64,000 bases of DNA, from contig OY764216.1 of NCBI GenBank assembly GCA_963668315.1, positions 5,216,001-5,280,000 on the forward strand, written 5' to 3'. Positions 58,273 through 64,000 of this stretch are shown here, in pieces. Made by a program: the position numbers and the translations under genes. The stretch is from Spirochaetia bacterium. Lineage in GTDB: Bacteria > Spirochaetota > Spirochaetia > DSM-2461. Each line of letters begins with the position of its first letter. Position 1 is the first letter of the stretch. The notes beneath the pieces were generated by a model. That model was given only the letters and a program-made list of their open reading frames with translations. It ran no database searches and was not told where the DNA came from.

Positions 58273-58740
58273 TTACCCGGCGGGAAACAGGGCCAGATAG
58301 ATCTGAATATTCTGGCCCTGGTCGTCTCCGCCGGGCACCCGGTAGATTCCGGCGGCGCCCAGAAAATCCACGGCCAGGGCGGAAAGTTCCCTGGCCAGAT
58401 TCCCGTCGGCCTTGAAGGTCCCCGCCCGGAAAATGTCAAATCCCGTTTTGTCGTAAAGGCCTTTGAGCCGGGAGGCCCGCTCCCGGATGGTGATGCTGAG
58501 ACTCTCGTTGGCCCAGCCCCAGAGCCAGTTTTTGCTGACCGGAGCCAGGGAGCCGATGAGTACCGTGGAAAAACGGCAGGCCCTTTCTCCGGCCTTATCA
58601 AAATGGAGCATGCCCTTTTCCAGATCCAGGCCGTACTCGTCAAAGCCCCCCAGCCCGTAGGTCTTCCTCAGAAGATCCTGTTTCCGGTCCAGTTCGGCAG
58701 CGCACCGGTCGGCATAATCCTGAAGTTCGTTCTCTGTCAT
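58273..58740 (-). CDS. DUF6882-like hypothetical protein
   Basis: IGS....NWLWGWANES and GIYRVP motifs; start at MTENE overlaps the upstream stop. Confidence 0.65.
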   Translation of the reverse strand: MTENELQDYADRCAAELDRKQDLLRKTYGLGGFDEYGLDLEKGMLHFDKAGERACRFSTVLIGSLAPVSKNWLWGWANESLSITIRERASRLKGLYDKTGFDIFRAGTFKADGNLARELSALAVDFLGAAGIYRVPGGDDQGQNIQIYLALFPAG

Positions 58741-59102
58741 CGGCTCAATCCTCCCCTCAGAAGCCTCTCCCTGTCTCTCTTCGGCATTTTGGAAACCACC
58801 AGATGGTAGGATTCGCCGATCCACGCTTGTATCTGTCCATCGGAGACATCACTGTCTGTCATAACGCTGTTCCAGTGCTTCTTATTCATATGATACCCCG
58901 CCGTAACCCCCTCGAAAGTCGCCCGGTATGCCAGGGCGTCGTCGGGATCGCATTTCAGATTGACATAGGAAAAGGAGTTGATGTTCGTCAGGGCGAACAT
59001 TTTACCCGCCACTTTGCACACCAGCGTCTCCTCGTCAAAGGGGAACTCCAGGGTGACTTCCCTGAAAGCAAGGCAGCACTTTTTAAATTCATCTAAAGTC
59101 AT
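58737..59102 (-). CDS. MmcQ/YjbR family protein
   Basis: FPFDEETLVCKVAGKMFAL, NLKCDP, GYHMNKKHWNSV. Confidence 0.92.
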   Translation of the reverse strand: MTLDEFKKCCLAFREVTLEFPFDEETLVCKVAGKMFALTNINSFSYVNLKCDPDDALAYRATFEGVTAGYHMNKKHWNSVMTDSDVSDGQIQAWIGESYHLVVSKMPKRDRERLLRGGLSR

Positions 59103-59193
59103 TTTCCGTCTCCCGCCGATGATTTTACAAGGGACGGAACTTCCTTTCAAGGGCGGGATTGCCCAGACGGGAAGAACCGGCTAGAATTACTTT

Positions 59194-60198
59194 ATGGAAA
59201 GGGCCAGACGTCGTCGAATAATTATCATCATTTTTCTTTTCTCCCTCTGCGCTGTGGCCATCATCGGGTTCAGATATTTTGAGGAGCTGGATTTTTTCGA
59301 TGCCCTCTGGATGACATTCACCTCCATCCTGACCATCGGCTACGGCGACTTCATCCCCCAGACGACGGGGGGGAGGATTTTCGCTCTCCTCGTGGTGCCC
59401 CTGTGCATCATCGCCTTTACCTATCTGGCGGGAAATATGCTCAGCGCCATCATCGAGTCAAATCTTACCGTACAGTCCAGGAGTAAACGTATGATAAAAA
59501 AGATCCGACGCTCCCAGAAGCACATCATCATCTGCGGGGCAGAGGGAATGTCCGCCCATATCACGGAACAGCTCAAGCAGAAGGGGATCTCCTTTGTCCT
59601 TGTGGACCAGGATGAAAAGAAACTGGAGCCCTATGTGGACGATTACCTTATCGTCGTGGGCGATCCCTCCGAAGAGGAAGTGCTTCTGAAGGCGGGAATT
59701 GAACGGGCCGAGGCCCTTCTGGCCGTCAGAAGCGACGCGGAAAACCTGCTTATCACCCTGACGGCCCGGGAACTGCGCGACGATCTGAACATTATCTGCT
59801 CCGCCGAGAAGCGTGAAAGCGAAAGAAAACTGAAAAAGGCGGGGGCCGCCTTTGTTGTCAATCCCGAAAGAATAGGCGGCAGCCGCATGATCCTGAGCGC
59901 CCTCAAGCCGGCTGCGGTGGATTACATCGACAAATTCTACAGGGACGGCCAGGATGAATTCCATGTGGAGAAATTCCTCCTCACCGACAACTGCTCCCTC
60001 GTGGGGAAGAATCTGAAGCAGGCCAGGCTGCGGGAGATCTATGAAGTATCGGTCATGGGTATTCAGCGGGACGGGCAGATCATGACCAGCGGACTTGTCG
60101 ACTTGACGATGAAGTCCCACGACGCCCTGATCCTCTTCGGGAAAACGGAGAATCTGGAGAAAATGGAGTCTGCCATTGGAGCGGAATCCCTGGCCTGA
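59194..60198 (+). CDS. Potassium channel protein with TrkA-N/TrkA-C (RCK) domains
   Basis: Selectivity filter TIGYGD; HIIICG; LKKAGAAFVVNP. Confidence 0.92.
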   Translation: MERARRRRIIIIIFLFSLCAVAIIGFRYFEELDFFDALWMTFTSILTIGYGDFIPQTTGGRIFALLVVPLCIIAFTYLAGNMLSAIIESNLTVQSRSKRMIKKIRRSQKHIIICGAEGMSAHITEQLKQKGISFVLVDQDEKKLEPYVDDYLIVVGDPSEEEVLLKAGIERAEALLAVRSDAENLLITLTARELRDDLNIICSAEKRESERKLKKAGAAFVVNPERIGGSRMILSALKPAAVDYIDKFYRDGQDEFHVEKFLLTDNCSLVGKNLKQARLREIYEVSVMGIQRDGQIMTSGLVDLTMKSHDALILFGKTENLEKMESAIGAESLA

Positions 60199-60261
60199 GG
60201 GGGGGCGAAGCTCCCTTAATCCCCCTCTTCCGGGGGCTGTTTATTTCTCCTCTCCTGTGTT

Positions 60262-60936
60262 ATGATGGGGCCCATGAGCCAGGTGGTGTTGATAGCGGGG
60301 AGTGAAACTCTGCTCGGAAGAAAAATCGTGGAAAAGGAACTGGCCCGGGGGAACCGGGTTGTCGCTCCCGTAAGCAGTTCCCGTGAATCCGGTTCGGGCG
60401 AGTCATCCCGTGATAATCTGCTGGTCATACCCTGGAACCGCACATCCCTTTTTTCCGCCAAAACCGTGATACAGGAAACGGTCCGCAAATGGGATACACC
60501 GGACAGAGTCTATATTCTGGACGGGAAAAGCCGGGAGAGCGATCCCTTCTCCGACCTGAGCCTGGCCGATCTCGACAGGATTGTTGACCAGGAGCTCAAG
60601 GGCTTTCTCTATCTGAGCCACCTGATCATTAATCTACTGAAAAAGAAAAACGGCTCCTCCCTCTTTTTCGTCCGCCAGTTTTCCACGGGCAGGGAGAGCG
60701 GGCTGGACAGCGGGTGCGCCGCCTTTTTCAAGGAGATGGCCGATGGGATCATGGCAGAGGGAGAAGAGAGAATCTCCCTTTGCGGCTTCCTGTCCCAGAC
60801 ATCGAACGCCGATGTCTGCGCCGAATCTATTCTGGAATACGCGGTAAGTCTTCCGGATAAGGCCCGGGGGGAGTGGCTGAGGATCGGGGAGAAAAAGAAC
60901 CGATTCACCGTTCTGCCCATAGAAAAGAGAAATTAA
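60262..60936 (+). CDS. SDR-like Rossmann-fold hypothetical protein
   Basis: VVLIAGSETLLGRKIV; catalytic YxxxK not evident; start may be 60274. Confidence 0.55.
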   Translation: MMGPMSQVVLIAGSETLLGRKIVEKELARGNRVVAPVSSSRESGSGESSRDNLLVIPWNRTSLFSAKTVIQETVRKWDTPDRVYILDGKSRESDPFSDLSLADLDRIVDQELKGFLYLSHLIINLLKKKNGSSLFFVRQFSTGRESGLDSGCAAFFKEMADGIMAEGEERISLCGFLSQTSNADVCAESILEYAVSLPDKARGEWLRIGEKKNRFTVLPIEKRN

Positions 60937-60960
60937 TCTATTAACCGGAAGAGGTAACCG

Positions 60961-62190
60961 ATGAAATTGTGGATGAAATACTTTATCGCCGTGGCTCTGG
61001 GAATCCTGGCCGGCTTCCTTCTCCCCGCCTACGAAGAGGTGGATGAGATCCTGACTTTTCTGGGAGAGCAGTCGATCAATCTGGGCCGGTACGTCCTTTT
61101 CCCGCTGGTTTTCTTCTCCCTCCCCATTGCGGTCTGCCAGCTTAAAAGGCTGAATAAATTCTCCGCCCTGCTCTTCCGTATCATCCTTTCCACCGTTCTG
61201 GCCACGGCCATTATGCTTACCGTGGGAATGGCGGTTGCCATGCTGCTCCCCTCCGGGCGTATCCCCATCACCATTCAGGAGGATCTGGACTACAGCAATC
61301 CCGGGTTCTCCCAGATTGTGAGCCATGTCATCTCCCCCAATCTCTTTCAGGTTTTCACCGGGGATGCCTCCCTTCTGCTGCCCCTCTGCGCCCTCGCCCT
61401 GTTTTTGGGAATCATCTTCAACTTCGACAAAGAGCAGACAGGACCGGTCTATAATCTCTTTGACTCCTTCTCGCGGATCTTCTACCGGATGAACTGGCAC
61501 ATCATAAAGGTCCAGGCCGTCCTTATCTTCTTCATCTCCTTCGTGACGATCCGCTCCCTGAAGGAGATCAGCGATTTCTCCTTTTACCTTCAGCACATCC
61601 TCATTCTCACCGTCTCTTCGGCGGTCATACTTTTCCTGCTCTACCCTATAACCCTCTATCTGATCGGAGGAAGGGGAAATCCCCTGAACCACGTCTACTC
61701 CATCATGACCCCCCTGCTGACGGGACTGGTAAGCGGCGACATTTTTTTCAACTATGGAATCCTCACCGCCCACCTGAAGGAGAACGAGGGTATTTCACGG
61801 GAAGTGGGCGGCATCGCCGTTCCCCTGCTGACCCTTTTCGCCCGTTCGGGAACGGCCCTGGTCGGCGGCGCCTCTATGCTGCTGATTATCCGCTCCTACA
61901 CCTCCCTTGACCTGACGCCCTATCAGGTTCTCTGGGTGTTCTTCTTCTCCTTTCTCTACTCCTTCGCCCTTTCCCATGCCCCCCGGCTGGGAATCTACGC
62001 CCTTCTCTCCCTGCTCTGCGGTTCCTACGGCCGCGGTCTGGACAGGGGCTACATCCTTCTTCTCCCGATACTTCCCATTCTTATCGGTTTTTCCGCCCTG
62101 CTGGATACGGTCTGCATCGTTCTCCTCTCCCGTATCACCGCCTATAACATGGATCTTCTGGACAATGTTCCTTCCAAAGAATTTCTATAA
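60961..62190 (+). CDS. Dicarboxylate/amino acid:cation symporter family protein (divergent)
   Basis: Multiple TMs; FPLVFFSL, ISPNLF, PLLTLFARSGTAL. Confidence 0.75.
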   Translation: MKLWMKYFIAVALGILAGFLLPAYEEVDEILTFLGEQSINLGRYVLFPLVFFSLPIAVCQLKRLNKFSALLFRIILSTVLATAIMLTVGMAVAMLLPSGRIPITIQEDLDYSNPGFSQIVSHVISPNLFQVFTGDASLLLPLCALALFLGIIFNFDKEQTGPVYNLFDSFSRIFYRMNWHIIKVQAVLIFFISFVTIRSLKEISDFSFYLQHILILTVSSAVILFLLYPITLYLIGGRGNPLNHVYSIMTPLLTGLVSGDIFFNYGILTAHLKENEGISREVGGIAVPLLTLFARSGTALVGGASMLLIIRSYTSLDLTPYQVLWVFFFSFLYSFALSHAPRLGIYALLSLLCGSYGRGLDRGYILLLPILPILIGFSALLDTVCIVLLSRITAYNMDLLDNVPSKEFL

Positions 62191-62200
62191 CAGTAAGTCT

Positions 62201-64000
62201 ATGCCTGTTTTCTCCCCTCTCCGGCTTCTTCCTCTAATCCTCCCGATCCTTCTTTTCTCCTGTGTGCAGGGGAAGTCGAATCAGGTCAGTGAGCCGAAAC
62301 CGGGGGAAACCCTGATCTGCGGCACAGCAGGAACATTTCAGAGCCGTACGCGAAAAAACCGCTCCTGGGAATCCATCGCCTGCGGAGTCATCATGAAGGA
62401 CGGTCAGGAGATAAGAACGGGATCGGACGGGGAAGTTTATCTCAGGACGGGGAGAAATGTTCTCTTCCGGCTCGGTCCCGATACGGAGGTATCCTTCGAC
62501 TATAAAAGCAAGGATGAAGTACTGACGGTCGAACTCTCCAAAGGATCCCTTACGGCGGAAAACCCCGGAATCGGGCTTATCATCCGTCTTCCCCATCTCT
62601 CCCTCTATTCCGGGGAGGGAACGTTTATGCTTAACGCCGTAGAAGAACAGGTGGACATCCACAACCATACCGGCGAGCTGCGCCTTCTGCCGGGCATAGG
62701 AAATCTGGATGACCTGGTTGATCTTCTCAACGAGGATGACCGAGGCTGGGCCGATGAGATACGGGAGAACCAGCGCCCTGTCTTTCCCGGCGAGACCTGG
62801 TATCTGGATGGAGAAGCCCTGCGGGAACAGGGAAAGAAATTCGAACAGCTTCTTCTGGAATTCACCGGCCTTGAACCGGGAAAAATTGAGCTGGAAGAGG
62901 CGATAGAGAACATCCTGTCCATGGATATTACGATTTCGGAGTACACACGCAGCAATTACGATGCTCTACTGAACGGCTTCGACCTTTTCCGGAAGGAGGG
63001 CGATGAGGCCCGGTACCGCCTGACGATCCAATCGGAGGATGAAGCCCATATCCAGACTCCCTACAGCTCGGGCAAGGGACAAATGAACCTGGTGCTTGCC
63101 GAAAATCAGTCTCTCCCCGTGGAGATCTCCCAGCCCGGTTATCAGCGGATAAGCACGGAGCTCTCCCCCCGCCCGGTGCAGGCCTTCTCGGACAGACAGC
63201 TGATTAAACTGTCACGGCTCACCTCCAGGAAAATCGCCATACAGGTCAATCCCCCGGAAAGCGAGATAACCATAAACGGCATCTACGCGGGCAAGGGAAA
63301 TATCGTTCTGGATGTCAAACCGGACGAACCGCTGGAAATGAACCTGACCCTGGAGGGCTACAACGAGCAGTACCTCTATCTGGATGCCGAGCAGGAGTGG
63401 CCTGAAACGTTGGAGCTGGAACTTAAGAAAACCGTGGAGAAAGTCCTCCGCGGAGCCTATCAGGAAGTAATAGGGATCAGCGCCGAGGGAGATGACATCT
63501 ATGTCGCCGACTGGAGCGGTATCGTCTGGTATCTTCACGAACCGTCGGGCTGGAGGCGCTTCAACACACGAACGAGCAACTACCCCAACAACTACTCAGC
63601 GCCGGTCCTCACCGGCAACTATATCTACCTCAGCGGGAAAAGAAACCTGGTGGTCATAAACCGGCTCACCGGCGGCATACTGAATACCATCAGACTTAAC
63701 GACAGGGAGACCCATCTGAACGGCCAGCATGTGGTTCCCCTCGATTATCAGATTCTCTTCCCCACCAAAGACTCCCTGCGCTTCCTGACCGGAGACGGCA
63801 ATAGAATACGGGAAGTGTTCATCCCCGGCGGCTCCCTCATGACGCCCTCGGTCTACGGAGGCAACATCTACACGGCCGCCACGGACGGACAGATATACGA
63901 GATTTCCCCTTCGGGAAAAATACTCCGTTCCCTCGCCACCGGCCTGGAAAGCCCCACGGGGCAGTCAATTGTGTTTAACGACGGCCGGGGATATTTCTGC
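62201..64000 (+). CDS. Lipoprotein with FecR-like, PEGA-like and PQQ-type beta-propeller domains (3'-truncated; absent from the ORF track)
   Basis: Read by hand from ATG 62201: MPVFSPLRLLPLILPILLFSC, IRTGSDGEVYL, LSKGSL, VNPPESEITINGIYAGKG, IYVADWSG, SAPVLTGNYIY. No stop was found, consistent with the frame running off the window end. Confidence 0.75.
   Translation, partial: MPVFSPLRLLPLILPILLFSCVQGKSNQVSEPKPGETLICGTAGTFQSRTRKNRSWESIACGVIMKDGQEIRTGSDGEVYLRTGRNVLFRLGPDTEVSFDYKSKDEVLTVELSKGSLTAENPGIGLIIRLPHLSLYSGEGTFMLNAVEEQVDIHNHTGELRLLPGIGNLDDLVDLLNEDDRGWADEIRENQRPVFPGETWYLDGEALREQGKKFEQLLLEFTGLEPGKIELEEAIENILSMDITISEYTRSNYDALLNGFDLFRKEGDEARYRLTIQSEDEAHIQTPYSSGKGQMNLVLAENQSLPVEISQPGYQRISTELSPRPVQAFSDRQLIKLSRLTSRKIAIQVNPPESEITINGIYAGKGNIVLDVKPDEPLEMNLTLEGYNEQYLYLDAEQEWPETLELELKKTVEKVLRGAYQEVIGISAEGDDIYVADWSGIVWYLHEPSGWRRFNTRTSNYPNNYSAPVLTGNYIYLSGKRNLVVINRLTGGILNTIRLNDRETHLNGQHVVPLDYQILFPTKDSLRFLTGDGNRIREVFIPGGSLMTPSVYGGNIYTAATDGQIYEISPSGKILRSLATGLESPTGQSIVFNDGRGYFC

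Noticed and set aside
1..64000. CRISPR arrays, tRNA/rRNA genes, transposases, integrases, prophage or defence genes
   Set aside because: No regularly spaced repeats, RNA-gene signatures or relevant protein motifs were seen by eye. Short ncRNAs cannot be excluded without an Infernal/Rfam search.

Overview
Chromosomal, carbohydrate-catabolism-rich region, probably from a free-living or anaerobic spirochaete. This is inferred from the 'ANG..E'-type binding-protein leaders, the lipoproteins and the conserved-looking flanking genes. Housekeeping-type genes lie at both ends: guaB and purB on the left; a K+ channel, a DAACS symporter and a FecR/PEGA/beta-propeller lipoprotein on the right. Between them are an AraC regulator, a GH115-like protein, a GDPD-GH28-HAD operon, a family-5 ABC transporter, a NifU-like/GH38 pair, a GH3-GtrA-GT2-GH3 cluster, a two-component/ABC/GH95 locus, DeoR-GH127, a TetR-controlled aminotransferase-aldolase-kinase-MFS operon, a flavinylated reductase lipoprotein with a PucR-type regulator, a PAS-GGDEF-EAL protein and LacI-yicI. 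I saw no rRNA, tRNA, CRISPR array or transposase. The strongest signals beyond gene annotation are: (i) a shared promoter/operator motif tying separated loci at 5.6, 6.5 and 20.0 kb into one probable AraC regulon; (ii) the uncharacterised aminotransferase-kinase-aldolase pathway with a perfect palindromic operator; (iii) the GH3-GtrA-GT2-GH3 module. All product calls come from motif recognition by eye, not from database searches.
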